Assembly: GCA_008632985.1 (NCBI GenBank)
Contig: QPGO01000097.1
Coordinates: forward strand, 1-64,000
Direction: 5' to 3'
Source: Psammoneis japonica
Lineage: Eukaryota
Length of the DNA stretch: 64,000 nucleotides
Part shown: in pieces, positions 23,469 to 36,600 of the stretch
Numbering within the stretch: position 1 is the stretch's first letter
Layout of the letters: every line of letters begins with the position of its first letter
Made by a program: the position numbers and the translations under genes
Notes under the pieces: model-generated
Databases searched by the model: none
Seen by the model: the letters and a program-made list of their open reading frames with translations, nothing else
Told to the model about the DNA's origin: nothing

Positions 23469-25536
23469 TTGACCTACGGTAGGTCCGTCTACCGGTGCGC
23501 ACCTGCGCGCGCCCTGCTCTGTCGCTGCTTTCCCGGCTTTCCGTCCCAGCTCCATGATGCCACGTGTAAAAATTAACCCCCGTCCAAACACCCACTTCGA
23601 TCGACTAACAGCACACAGATACGAAGTTCACCACACTTTTGGGGGCCTAGAATGGGGGTGAACGTCAGTCACCACCCAATCACTGGAATTGACTCTCGCA
23701 CTTTCCCGTGTGATGAAGGTGCTCCACGAAAAGTCAGTTCCATTTTCAAATGCCAGATGCCATGAACAACACATGCCCACTGCATTCTCGTCAGACATCG
23801 GTTTAAAGAGCAGGAGACGACAATGCTCATGTCTTGTGTGTTTTGTGGCTACATTGGGGGTCAAAGTCCAACCGCTCTTCCAAAAATTTTGAGTCGCGTG
23901 GGTCATGCGGGGTTCAAGACATGTGGCTCAATGTGCGATGAAGGGAAATTGACCCTCCTTTTCTTGACACTGAGATCAGATGACAACATCAACACAAGAC
24001 CCATTTTGTGGCTGTGCGCCATTCTCCAATCCATGGCTGGCCTCCTGACAGCTGCATTTGACCTCTTTGGTGCCACAAATTGGCGATGCAATCCATGAAC
24101 ACTCACTTGCAAGCGCCGCACTTTTCCATTTTGAGGTTTGACATTTGTGTCTTTGCGATGAATCTAGAGTGGACGCGAGCCAGGGAGGAGCTCCATTCAG
24201 TGCTGTTTGTCATTCTGTGGAACAGCAGCATCAGAGTGATGTTGTCAACATTGTTTGGCTTTTTTTTCTTGAGCCGCATGGCAACTTCATTCCTGCATTT
24301 TCACTCCCATCCACCCGACTCTCTACCACTCAAGAATGCTTGGCTGAATGCATTGCAGCTGCTTTGTCAAAGTCTTAAAAACACTCGTCAATGCCATTTC
24401 TCAAATGGGTTTGACAATGCAACGACGACGTTGGATTTGTCGATTTGCTCATGCTGGGAAAGACAACAAGAAAACTGGCTGCGGCATCTCGCGCACGTGT
24501 GCACGGTCATTGGACTGTGCAGGTGTGTGCGCATGTGCAAGGTGCAAGCAGAACATGCGCAGAATTGCTGCTGAGTGAGTTGACATGCGGTGGATTTTCC
24601 GCCGGCACACAATCTGCGTGGTCCACATGGAAGATAAATTTGTGTCCATCTCCGAAGCTTTCACATGTCATTAAAATTTCTTTTGTCTTTTAAACATGTG
24701 TGCCACAGTTCAAAAATCTTGCAGAACACCCCGAAAGAACTCTGGAGTCTGGACAAAAAAAATTTCCACTCAACAGTGCGAACAGGGTTGTCGCGAAGCG
24801 CTTCTCAAAACAACCTCAGATTGAACACAGTGAAAAATCGACTGTTGGCAGAACAGAGTCACCATGGGCAAAACAGATCCCCGTCCTTTGAGCGCAATGA
24901 CAGCAGCACAACAACGCACAACAACACCATGGCGAGCAATGCAAACGCCGTTCACTTGTCTGCCAGCTGGCATTTCCAGACAAGATCAAAGCTGTTGGAA
25001 TGCATTTGTGTGCTTCATTCCTGGGTCAAGTTGGGTTTCTTCTCGTTGCTTGTTGTCATGTCACTTTACAACGTCTTGACCCACGCCGTGTTTTTTGCTT
25101 TTCTTGCTTCTGCTCGATCGCGCGCGTGCCACCGAACAGCTTTTCCTGCAGGGTGTGGCTAGTTGCTCATCACATCGAACCCAAACGTGCGCAACCAACT
25201 AGCCCTGCCCCGGCCAACTCATGTCCACATGCATGTGCATGTTCCACAAGTAAAAATTCCCATTCCACAGCTCCCCTAAAACTCCAACCACCAAAAACCA
25301 AGGGCACGGAAACGCACTTTTGGCAGCTCTTTTTCTCCGCACAAAAAACACGCGTTTTGACGACTCGACCATGACGATGCCTCGTGGTTCTTCCCCATCG
25401 CCTTCCCAGGACGCCGATCCCACTGATGCCATTGATGACAACACTGACACAGCAGGTGATGTCATCATTCCGGTTCTCGCAGGTGTGACACATGCAAAAT
25501 AAGATGCTGCAAACTCACACTGTTGTTTGAACGCTC

Positions 25537-26010
25537 CACTGCCTCCCACAGATGCCATCACGAATTCCAACGCCGCACCTGCGTTTCGGGCCCCTGGCAT
25601 GCCCGATGCTGTTGCTCCTGCCCTTGCTGCCACAGGCACTGTTGACACTGTCATTGGCTTTTGCCAACAACGTCCACAAAGAAATGCCAACAACTCACAC
25701 TTCTTTCATTCTCGCCCCACCGCCTGCCACAGATGCCATCACGAACTCCAATGCCGCACCTGCATTTCGGTCCCCTGGCATGCCCGACACTGTTGCTCCT
25801 GCCCTTGCTGCCACAGGTGCTGTTGATGCTGTCACTGGCTTTTGCCAACAACATCCACAATGAAATGCCAACAACTCGCACTTCTTTCATTCTCACCCGC
25901 CGCCTGCCACAGACACCATCACGAATTCCAACGCCGTGCCTGCATTTCGGTCCCCTGGCATGCCTGACACTGTTGGTCCTGCCCTTGCTGCTGCAGGGGC
26001 TGTTGACACT
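25537..26010 (+). repeat. ~180-bp tandem repeat, about 2.6 copies
   Basis: ccacaga(tg/ca)ccatcacgaa...cccctggcatgcc...gcccttgctgc recurs at ~25541, 25721 and 25901. Confidence 0.85.
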
Positions 26011-27400
26011 GTTGTTGTTTTTGCTTTGGAAGGAGCACAATGGATGACAGCAGACCAGGAAACCCGCGCAACCATGGCCTGCTGATGGACGAGTGTTGGT
26101 GTCATGGCTCTCATGCTTTCCATGTTTGTTCATGGTTTTCTGGTTTTGGTTCAAGGAAACTTGCAGCCCGTCAGGCAAAGACATGGCAATCAATTTTTCA
26201 GATGTTGCAAGCATGAACACCCGTGTTGCACAAGTGTTCAGTGGGCTCTTTGCCTGCCCTTTGCTGGCCTGCAACATCAATGGACATGAACAGTGCCTCT
26301 TGGCTGGCTCTCGAGTGCAGTCTAATCTTTAGAATGTGCAGACACATCATGCAGTTCTCTGTAAATTAGAAACCTGATGTGGAGCAACAATTGGATGGCA
26401 GGCATGCTTTCACAGTTTTGTGATGTTTTTGCAAGTTGCTAAAATGGAGGCAGGTGGCAATGTGCTTTTGGCAAATGTGCACTGTGTTTGTCACCAGACC
26501 TTCAAAACTGGTGCCATGTCGACAGCTGTGCTGCTGCTTTGCATGCCGACACCTTCTCTGCCCGCACTCCATTGGCTGCGTCCTCCTTCACATGTTGCTG
26601 CGGTTCATCTTGACACCGAGTCTCAATCACCTACAGACAGAGGAGGTTCTGCTCAGGAATCATCCTGAGAAAGCCATCGCCACACCTCCCAGATGCTCCT
26701 CTGCCACGCCCATGCCCACGCCCATGCAAGGAGTGTCAACCAGCACATTGCTGCTCGCGGAACCCATGCCTTCATTGTTTCTTTTGTTTTTTGACATGGT
26801 TTGGGAGCTGCACCCCAGACTGTTTGAGAGACGGCTCATCAGTGCCTTCCACGACACGACGACACGAATGAAAATCCAGTTTCTCCAGGAACGCAATTGC
26901 AGGAGTGGACCAATCCCCGAGCTGCGTTTGTGTTTCAGGCACCGAATCCGGTGAACAGAAGCACAAATCTTCCGGATGGCAAATCGGCTGTGTTTGTGTG
27001 ATGACAGCGGGTGTGACGGCACCGGCCAATGCAGGAGGGACTGCCGCATCAGACATGGCAGGCAGGGATGTGTCAGGTGGTGCAGGGGACAAAGAACGGG
27101 AGGTCGTCATGGTTGAGTTGTCAAAACGCGTGATGTTTTGGTGTGTGTGCAGTCTTCCAAAAAGTGTGCTTCCACACCCTTGGTTTTTGGTGGTTGGAGT
27201 TTTAGGGGAGAACATGGTTCAGGATTTTTCTTGCTGCTGTTGGCATTTGTGTGCAAATGCATGAACAAATGTGAGGACATTTGTGTGAAAATGTGATGAA
27301 TGAGACACAAATCTGCCATGCCACCATGACATCACCACATTCTCCCCTGCCACAGGGGTGGGCTTCTTTCAGCCCTTCTGTCTTGAACTAAATGCAAATG

Positions 27401-28917
27401 TGAATGAGACAGGCACATGCACTCTGTGACCAAGTGTGCCCTCTCTGACACACGCACATTGTCAACCAACATGTCAGACATTCAAGAGGCCGTTAGAAGT
27501 CAGTTCCGATCAGCGATTGCGCTGATCGGGTCCCTTCTCGGTTCTCTCACAACCTGTTTTATCAAGTCATCTCAAGCCAGATCTTGCACTGTAATTACAG
27601 TCGTTGTTGTAGCTTGCTCATTGCACTGTCTGTTTCATGACAATGCGCAGAGTGCTGTTGAAAAGAGAGAAAGCTCATTTGTGTTCTCGTGCAGAAAATT
27701 TTGTTAGAAATCAATCGGAACCTCAGTGCAATTGTGCTTGTGAAATTGGCGATTCGGGGCAGCGTTTGTTTGAACTCGAAGCTTGTGTTGCTGCGCTTGA
27801 ATTTGTTGTTGTTTGGTCATTGATTGTTCTCATTGTGTGGATCAATTGGGAACGTGTCATTTCATCCATTGTGTGTGGATTGTTGATTCTTTGATTGCTG
27901 AAGTTGTTCATCGGTCATGTGTCAAGAAGCCTTGGAGAAAGCGTGCATTGAGCATAAAACCAAATTTGTGGACTCTGAATTGCAGGAAGTGAAGCTTGCT
28001 CAAACCTTTGATGATGGAACTAAACTTTCAAAAATGTGCCCCATTTTTGCAGGAGAACATGGAATTGAATCGCTGTTGTGTGTGGAGGACCGTTTCTGGA
28101 AGGCAGCAAGACAGTTGGATTGTGACACCGGAACAGAACTCTTTGATGCTTTTCAGGATTGCCTGCAAGGTGCCATGGAGGTGAAATGGCAGAACATCAC
28201 AGCGGGCATCCAACAGAATCAAAGGATGGCAGCTCGGTTTAATCAAGCCATTTTTCAGCCTGCTGACTGCGTTGTGTGAAACCGACAGCTCGCGATGCGA
28301 TGAAGATGTGCTTGCCTGCTTGCAAGAAACCTTGCTCCATGGAATCTGAAACTCACATTGATTGCACGGAAACCTCATTTCGTTACACTGACCGCTTGCC
28401 TGGAACCGTCCCCGAACTCACAGAGCAGGAGCAGCAGAAAAATGTTGTCTTCTGCACCTTTCCCTCAACCTGGCAGCAGTCCTGCATTCGTGCAGGCAAG
28501 AATCTTGTTGCAGATTCAATGGTGGACATTCAAGCCCACATGAGCAATGAGAAGGTGTTTGCCAATGGTCAAGACAACAAGAAACGCAAGTCCAACAATG
28601 GCGACGGAGGGAACTCCAGCAACAAGAAGGGCAACCGTGACAAGAAGGATGACAAGAGTCAACCCAAGGCTGGTGATCCATGTCCGGTCCCATGGCATCA
28701 TGGAAGACACACATGGGGCCAGTGTTGTGATGATCTAAACAACCCCAACTGTCGTGGACCTCAAAACCATGGCGGTCAAGGTGGAGGTCATGGCAGTGGA
28801 GGTCGAGGCAGAGGTCGCTTCCAAGGAGGCTGTGGTCCTGGCCGTGGTGGCGGTGGACGCTTTGGTGGTCATGGTGACCAAAACCAAGGAGGTCGCGGCA
28901 CCCATTGCAACAATTGC

Positions 28918-28955
<38 letters not shown>

Positions 28956-31900
28956 CGGGGATCAGAGTGACAATGGCAACCAAGGTGGTGGCAGCCAACA
29001 TCATCACAATGACAACAACAATCGTGGTGGCCAAGGTCAGGCCAACGGCTGTGCTGCTCAAGCAGACAATGTGAATGACAACCAGGCTCAAGGTGATGTG
29101 CACCATTTCGACATGATTGGACAAGGCCCTCTATGTCATGGAGGTGTGGTGAGGTTTCAGCCAGATGGGCAGTTTCCTTGGCAGTTCTGAGAAGAAGGAG
29201 CTGAGTGCTCCAGAGCTGAATGCTCCCAATTGCCTGCATGTGAAGCATTTGTTGAAAATGATTGTGCCATGCCTGAAAATGCACCTGAAAGTTTTGTTTT
29301 TGATTGTTTTGAAAATCCCAATGAATTGTCACCCATTGAATTTGAAGACACTGCAGAAAATTGCATGAATGAAGAGGGGGGCACATTCGATCAAGATGCA
29401 TTTGAACACAACATTCCTCTCCCCAAAATGGGTTTGCAAGTTTCGTGTGCCGCATCAATCCCATCAACACTGCTGGTTGCCAAATCGATCCAGCGTCATG
29501 AGTCGAATCGTGTGATGCACGTGCCATTTGATTCTGGTGGCCATCACACTGTGATTTCTTCTCAAGTTTTGCCTCGTGGGGCCGCACCATCTGTTGATGA
29601 GCATGGAGTGCAAGCTTTTCAAACCACAGCAGGTCCTTTCCAGTTGGGTTGCTGGGTGGCTCTGAGTGACATTGTGCCACCCAAATTTGACAAGACCAGA
29701 AGGGTTGAGACGGCTGTGTCGCTCATGTGTTTGATGCTCCGTGTGCGCATGACATTGTTTTGGGTCGAGACTTTTTAGACAAGATTGGACTCCATTTGAA
29801 TTATGATGCAAGAACTCTACATTGGTTGGACCGTGTGATTCCAATGAAGGAGCCTCGTCATTGGTCCAAGTCCTGCAACTGGTGTGTTGCACCAGATCAA
29901 ATGGATGAATTTGATGAAGATTGCACGGACAAATCGGACTACAAGTGTGATGATGGACATGACAGCTGTGTGCTGGATGCCAAGTGTGAAGCAACGGATC
30001 CTGCGGAAGTGGTTCGCAACCTGGATCACCTGACGGAAGAGCAAAAGATGAAGCTGCCAGCAGTGTTGGAAAAACACTCAACCTTGTTTGATGGAACTTT
30101 GGGCCACTGTCCTCATGAACAGGCACACCTGGAGGTGGATGAGAATGCCACACCCCATCACTCAAAACCTTTTCCTGTTGCTCGTGTCAATGAGGAAGCA
30201 TTTGAAAAGGAACTGAAACTTTTGGTGGACCCAGGAGTCTTGCAACCATGTGGACCCACAGAATGGGCAGCCGGCACTTTCATCACTCCAAAGAAGGACG
30301 GCCGAGTGCGATGGGTGTCTGATTTCCGTGAACTGAATGAGGTGCTCAAGCAGAATGTCTGTCCTTTGCTGGTTGTCCAGGATGCACTGCAGCGGAGAGC
30401 GGGGTGCAAATTCTTTGCCAAACTTGATCTCACTGTGTTCTGCTGCAACTTGGAATTGGACGATGAAAGCAAGGAGCTGGCGATGATTGCAACTCCCTGT
30501 GGAAAGTTCCAATGCTGCAGCATGGCCATGGGATTGAAACCAGCTCCAGACATTGCTCAATCTGTCATTGAAAAGATCTCACATGGCTGGCTTGGATGTT
30601 GAAACTTGTGTTGACGACATTGGCACATTTGACATTGACTTTGACTGCCATCTCTCTTGTCTTGACAAGGTGTCACATCATCTTGAGGAGAATGGATTAA
30701 AAGTCAACCCATTGAAATGCAAGTGGTGTGTCCAAGAGACAGATTTCCTGGGGCATCGGCTCACTCCAACTGGCATTGAAGCATGGAAGAAAAAGGTCGA
30801 AGCCATTCTCCGAATGCAGCCTCCACGGAATGCGGTGCAACTTTGTTCCTTTCTTGGTGCAGCAACCTGCTGTTGCAATGGGTGGCCTTGTTGTTCTCAC
30901 TTGCTTGCTCCTTTAACGGAGGCAAGAGCCAGTTCTGTTGGTCAGGTGCATGTTAGAAAGCATTCAAGGAAATGAAGGTGGCAATCACAGCGGAAGCTCT
31001 CATGGCCCATCCTAACCACAACCCACCGTTCCATGTTTGTGGACACTGGTCCAAAAAGCTCTCAGTGGCTCAATGCAGCTGTTCAATGATGGAGAAAGAT
31101 CTCCTGGCAGTCATCATGTGCTTCAAAGAATTTCGCACAATGCTGCTCGGTGCTGATGTTGCTGTTCACACTGACCATAAAAATCTCACCTTTTACACCT
31201 TTGATGCACAGCGCATCCTTTGTTGGCATCTGTTCCTTGAAGATTTTGTGCCTGCTTTTCAATGTGTTGAAGGCAAGGACAGTGTGCTCGCTGATTGTTT
31301 TTCTTGTCTCCCACACATGGATCCGCCTTTGGAGGGGAAGAGCCTTGGGCCCAACAGCAAACGCAAAGGAAAAATCATTCATTTCGAAAAGTTGGACAGC
31401 AGTGAATTGAGCAAGGCCAAGGAAGAAGAAGATTTGGAGTTGGGTGCTTGCAGGTTCAAGTGTTGCCGTGCTCCTGCCAATCCCTCTGATGAGTCTCATG
31501 CCTTTTCTTCTCTGCTCAATGAGCCTGAATTGTTTGGGTGCTTTTTGAATTGTCCAACGTTGGATGAGATGCCAAATCCTGCCGAGATGTTGCAGATACA
31601 ACAGCTCCAGTTTGAGGACCAGCAACTGAATCAGCAGAGACAACAGAACCTGCAGCAATTCGTGGTCAAGATTGTGAACCAGCGTCCTCTCATGTGTTGT
31701 CGTCTGCATTTGAATGATCCGCCTGGAGCATGGGAAATTTGTGTTCCGACTGCATTGTTGAATGACATGCTTGCGTGGCATCATCGTGTGTTGGGTCATT
31801 GTGGAGTTGTTCATCTGTGTGAGAGTGTTCGCACTCACATGTGTCACCCTGCACTGCATCGGCATTGTAATGAGTTTGTGTGCGATGCCTGTCAACGTTT

Positions 31901-33038
31901 CAAACAACTTGGTCTGGGACATGGAGAATTGCCTGAATGCCAAGCACCATTGGCTCCATGGTCGGAAGTGGCAGTTGATCTCATTGGACCATGGAAAACA
32001 CCAACTCAAGATCAAGAGATTGAACCCAGTGCCCTCACTTGCATTGATGCCATTGCTGGCCTGACTGAACTCATGTGCATTGATGACAAAACTTCTCAAC
32101 ACATTGCCAACAAGTTCCGCAACCTTTGGCCAGCTCATTGTCCCAGACCAAATCGATGCATCCATGACAACGGCGGTGAATTCATTGGTTGGGAATTTCA
32201 GATGCCATTAAACCAGGTCAGTGTCGAAGATGCTCCGACAACCTCACGGAATCCTGCAGCCAACTCTGTTTGTGAACGAATGCACCAAACAGCAGCCAAT
32301 GTTTTGCAAACTGTGGTTGCTGCTGACCCACCTTTGAACATTCAACAGGCCAAGCAAATTGTGGATGATGCCCTTGCTGCAGCCTCTTTGGCATTACAAT
32401 GCTCTCATTCAAGGTCCATGGGTGTTTCAAGCAGAGCTTCAGCATTCCAACGAGATGCAATTTTGGACCTCCCTGTTCTTTCCAATCTTGCTGCCATTCA
32501 AGCCAACCGTCAAGTGCTTGTCAACAAAAACCTGCAACAACAGAACGCAAAGCGTCATTCTTGTGATCATTTGGTGGAACAAGATGTGCTGATCAAGTCC
32601 GTGGATCCAGCGAAGCTAGAAGCTCAAGCTCATGGTCCGTTTCAAATTGCACAAGTCCATGCCAACGGGGCAGTTTTGGTGCTGCAAGCACCACACGTCA
32701 TTGAGCGGATCAACATTCATTGCGTGGTGCCACATCAGAGTTGAGGGTTTCTTCCCAATGCCTGGGTTCCCTTCTCCATGCGCATTTGGAGTTTAAATTT
32801 GAGTCAAGTGGCTCCAATGGTGCGTGTGATTCTTGCACCATGGAGGGGAAGAGTGAATGAGATGGGCACATGTGCTCTATGACCGAGTGTGCCCTCTCTG
32901 ATGTGTGCATGTTAACTGATGCATTGGACATTCAAGAGGCCGTTAGAAGTCAGTTCCAATCAGCGATTGCGCTGATTGGGTCCCTTCTTGGTTCTCTCAC
33001 AACCTGTTTTGTCAAGTCATCTCAAGCTGGATCTTGCA
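27401..33038 (+). mobile_element. Full-length, mutationally decayed Ty3/Gypsy LTR retrotransposon
   Basis: LTRs 27401-27588 and 32854-33038 (TG...CA), PPT ggaggggaagag before the 3' LTR, 5-bp TSD aaatg/gaatg. Gag knuckle CPVPWHHGRHTWGQC; protease FDSG; RT PKKDGRVRWVSDFRELN and CVDD; RNase H EKDLLA and HTDHKNL; integrase HHCC, VDLIGP, DNGGEF, CERMH and GPF. Order is PR-RT-RH-INT. Confidence 0.95.
28918..28956 (+). repeat. (AAC)13 microsatellite encoding poly-Asn in Gypsy gag
   Basis: Read directly from the sequence. Confidence 0.95.
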
Positions 33039-33365
33039 GAATGATCGTGGCTGCTGTGCGGCACACGTGCGTGTGTGTTTTGTCAGGTGCTGCCATCTGC
33101 TGTCCAACCTTGTGCGCTGTGCTGTAGTTTGACAAGACAAATGACCCTTTCCACCCGACCGTTGGGTCATTTTTTCTAGCTGTTTGAAAAATTTGAACGC
33201 ACTTGCATGGGCAAGAGCATGAAAGAGCAGTGAGCACACCCATCTCTGCTCTGCCCATAAAGCAAAAGCCAGCAGCAGAGGAAGTGCGCTGACACTGTGA
33301 AAAACTCTCATCAACTTTTAGGTTTCCATGAGAGAATGAGAGGTGTGTGAGCCCTCCATTCTCTC

Positions 33366-33620
33366 ATGGGTGTTTCTGCTTCTCAACTTTTGTCAGGAGA
33401 TCTTCTGGAAGATTTGGAAGATTCAATGGCGTGTTTTGAATTCTTGGATCCTCTGACTGCGTCAGCGCTGCAAAATGCATTTGACAGTGTCAATTTTGGA
33501 AGCAATCCATGGGGTGTGTTTTCAGCAATGGCTGACAATTGCCTTTGTTCCTGGGAAGTGGGTGGTGTGGAGAACGTCACACAAATGGACGTGGCACGCA
33601 TGAGTCGGATCGACCAAGAC
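33366..33620 (+). pseudogene. Possible Plavaka-like transposase fragment
   Basis: NAFDSVNFGSNPWGVFSAM...LCSWEVG resembles the pre-catalytic segment of Plavaka-type transposases; judged from recall only. Confidence 0.35.
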
Positions 33621-36600
33621 ACAACTCAACGCCAGACTGACAGACCAAAAATGTGCAAGACAAACCATCCGCCGACACATCACCACAACTGCTTTCTGTT
33701 CCTGTCATGCCTGCCAGTGGGAACCGACAAGACAATGTTGTTAGATGGGTCACCTTTTGATTTTACCAGGACAGCAAACACACAATGTTTGACAGACGAA
33801 AGTCTTGCCTCCTCTTTGTAAAACATGTCCATCAACAAACATCCACCTGCTGCAACTCATTCCTCAATCTTGACCACACTTTCTGGGCATGAACATGCAA
33901 ATGTTGTGGACAGGACTCCCTTGTCTCCTGGGGCAAGACAACAGTCAGGCACTTCTGGATCTGGCATTGGCAGTTCAGACCCAGTTTCTTCTTGTGCAAA
34001 TGTGCATCAATGCAAGAGTGATGGTTGGGGTTGTCCAGCCATGCCCCACACTCCAGATGCGGGAAGGTTGCCTCAAAGTCCTCCTTTAATTTTGACTCAT
34101 GTTCCACACAACCAACAAAAGTCCCAATGTTGAAAGGGACAAAGAATGCACCGTTGTCTTTCATTGCCCTGCCTGGATCCAGTGTGGTTTTCTGGAAGAA
34201 GCCTTTGCTAAATTGGCCACTGAACCGACCCTTTTGCAGCCAAAAGAAATCCATGTTGATTTCCAAGAAGTCCCCCCAAACTTTTTCAGTGGCTCATCCA
34301 CAAAGTTTGGGCTGCACACATTGCAGTTTAGGTGTCATCCTGCATGTCCGTCACTGAGAGAGGCAGTGCAGAACTTGCATGCATTGTTCCCTGTGTGGTT
34401 GCAATCACTCAACAGTTGCTGACAAGCAAGTGGCCTTGCTGTGTTGGACCGCAGCTTGGCGTTTGTGAAAACAGATGATCACTCTCATCAAGAAGGATGT
34501 CATGGTGTGGCACACTGTCAACATCTTTGGTCTGTGTCATGCACAGAAAAAGCACCTTGACCTGAGTCATGGATGGGGAAACATCGTTCCGAGTTGACGG
34601 ATCATCGTTTTCTTCATGCTCAATTTGATCTGCCAAATCAACTGGAGTGCAATCATCTTGCACCAACGTTCGAAAAGACTCAGCACCAGTTGATTCCAGT
34701 GCATCTTCTTCAAAATCAACATTCGGGTGTGGATCATCATCCTGGCCAGGCAGTGCAGGATGACACGTGTCTGTTGGATCCTCCTTTTTCATGTCTTGAT
34801 CTGGCAGATTCTCCTTTTCAGTGTCCTCAACTTGCTCTTGAGAATTGACAGGACTGTCACAATCTTTTCCTGCAAACCTCAGAGACTCTGCAGTCATTGA
34901 TGATGCACCTGTGGACTTGTCCACTGGTGTTGGAATTTTTTCCCAAAATCAAGTTCCACATTGTTTGATGCTTTGGACTGCATCGGGACCAATGAGGGTA
35001 AAGAGATGTTGGTTCTCAACACAATGTTCTTTTGTCAAGTCTCGGATTCTGTTCTCATGGCTGTCACAGGTGATGCACTCCTTGCAGTTGTCATGCAGTG
35101 TGCGGCTGTTGTGTGCATGTCCACAATTGCACATTGTTCACATGTCAATCGCACCACAGTCGTGGACGCGCACAAAGGACAGAATGATCACACAGAGTTG
35201 ATTGGAAGTCGAAAATTGCAAATGCGATTGACAGACAGATGTTGACATCTTGTGTGTCAATGGCAATCGCATCCAGACAATCTGTTGTCACAAACATGTT
35301 CTCCAAAAGGCCTTTTGTCTGCACCAATTTGCGAGCATTTCCTGGACCCTTTTTTCTCTGGCAAAGTGGTGGAAATCGGGAGTGCTGGTGTTTTCATTAA
35401 TCCAGTGGAGAAGTGATGTGATGTCAGTTGTCATCTTGTCCATTCTTTGGTTCAAAACCAAGCATCGGAGTTTGTTTTGGGAACTGTCCAATTTGCAGTC
35501 ATCCTTGTCTGCAGCTTCAGTTTGTCTCCTCTTGCCAGAAGTGTTGCTGGCAGATGCTTTGGTTGCATGGCATTGCTTGTCACCCTGTGGTGAAGCAGAA
35601 ACATCACTGTCACACACGTTGTCACCGATTTTGTCATTGTTTGCTGCAGCACAGCATGCTGCAATGAAATCATGTCCACTTGGGTTCACACAATGAGGGT
35701 GACTCCAATGTCACCAGCAGCTGTTCCAAAGGACTCCCACTGCTCGAGTGTGGGTGGGCCTGAGCAATTCTAAAAACCGTTGATGGCCAACACTGTGCAA
35801 TTTGGCAGCATTTTGGCACTCTGTGCATGAGGCATTTATGTGGAAATTACGTGCGTACAATTGACAGGGGAAGCGAGCGTGGAGAAGAGACGACGCGAGC
35901 GAAGCACGAGCGAAGAGACCGACAATGATGCAAGAGCCGCAGAGAGACGCAAAGACAGCAATCCAACGATGTTGCAAGAGGGCACAAAAGAGAGAAAAGA
36001 TCTGTTTGAGTCAGTGCCATGTCTTCAATAAAAAGAACAAAGCAAGACAACATTGGCATGCACAAAAACTTGCACAGAGAAGCACGGCACCAGCGCCTGA
36101 AAAATGACCACATCTGCGGTGACATGGAACACACAAGGAGGTGAGAACACACTTTTCTACAAATGCAAAGCAACAACGAGCAAATGACCAATGTAAACTC
36201 ACCAGTGGGGTCAAAACTCGGGGTGCCTGGATCGTCAACGGCGGGCAGGGAGGACAGATGGAAGAGAGGCAGCTGGCTCCACGGAGCAGGACGACAAAAG
36301 CAGGCGGTAGATCGGCGTGAGCAATGGTGGAAAGTCGGCGCTTGGGATCGAGTGACTGGTCCGGTCCATGCAAATCGTGGCAGTAGCTTGGAGAACGGAG
36401 GCAGCGCCATGGTGGCACGGCACAGACCGGGGAGAGAAGAAGTGCCGCGGCGGAACGGCATGGAACGGTGACGGAGCCAAAAATGGTGACGGCGATGGCG
36501 CAGACCCGTGGACTTAGACATCCCCATATTCGAGTCCTGTGCATCAAGACACGGGACAAGGAGGTTCAAGGTGAGCGCCATTGCGAACGAGAACTGGGAA

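Noticed and set aside
25537..26010. CRISPR-like array
   Set aside because: Whole 180-bp units repeat without unique spacers, the context is eukaryotic and there are no cas genes.
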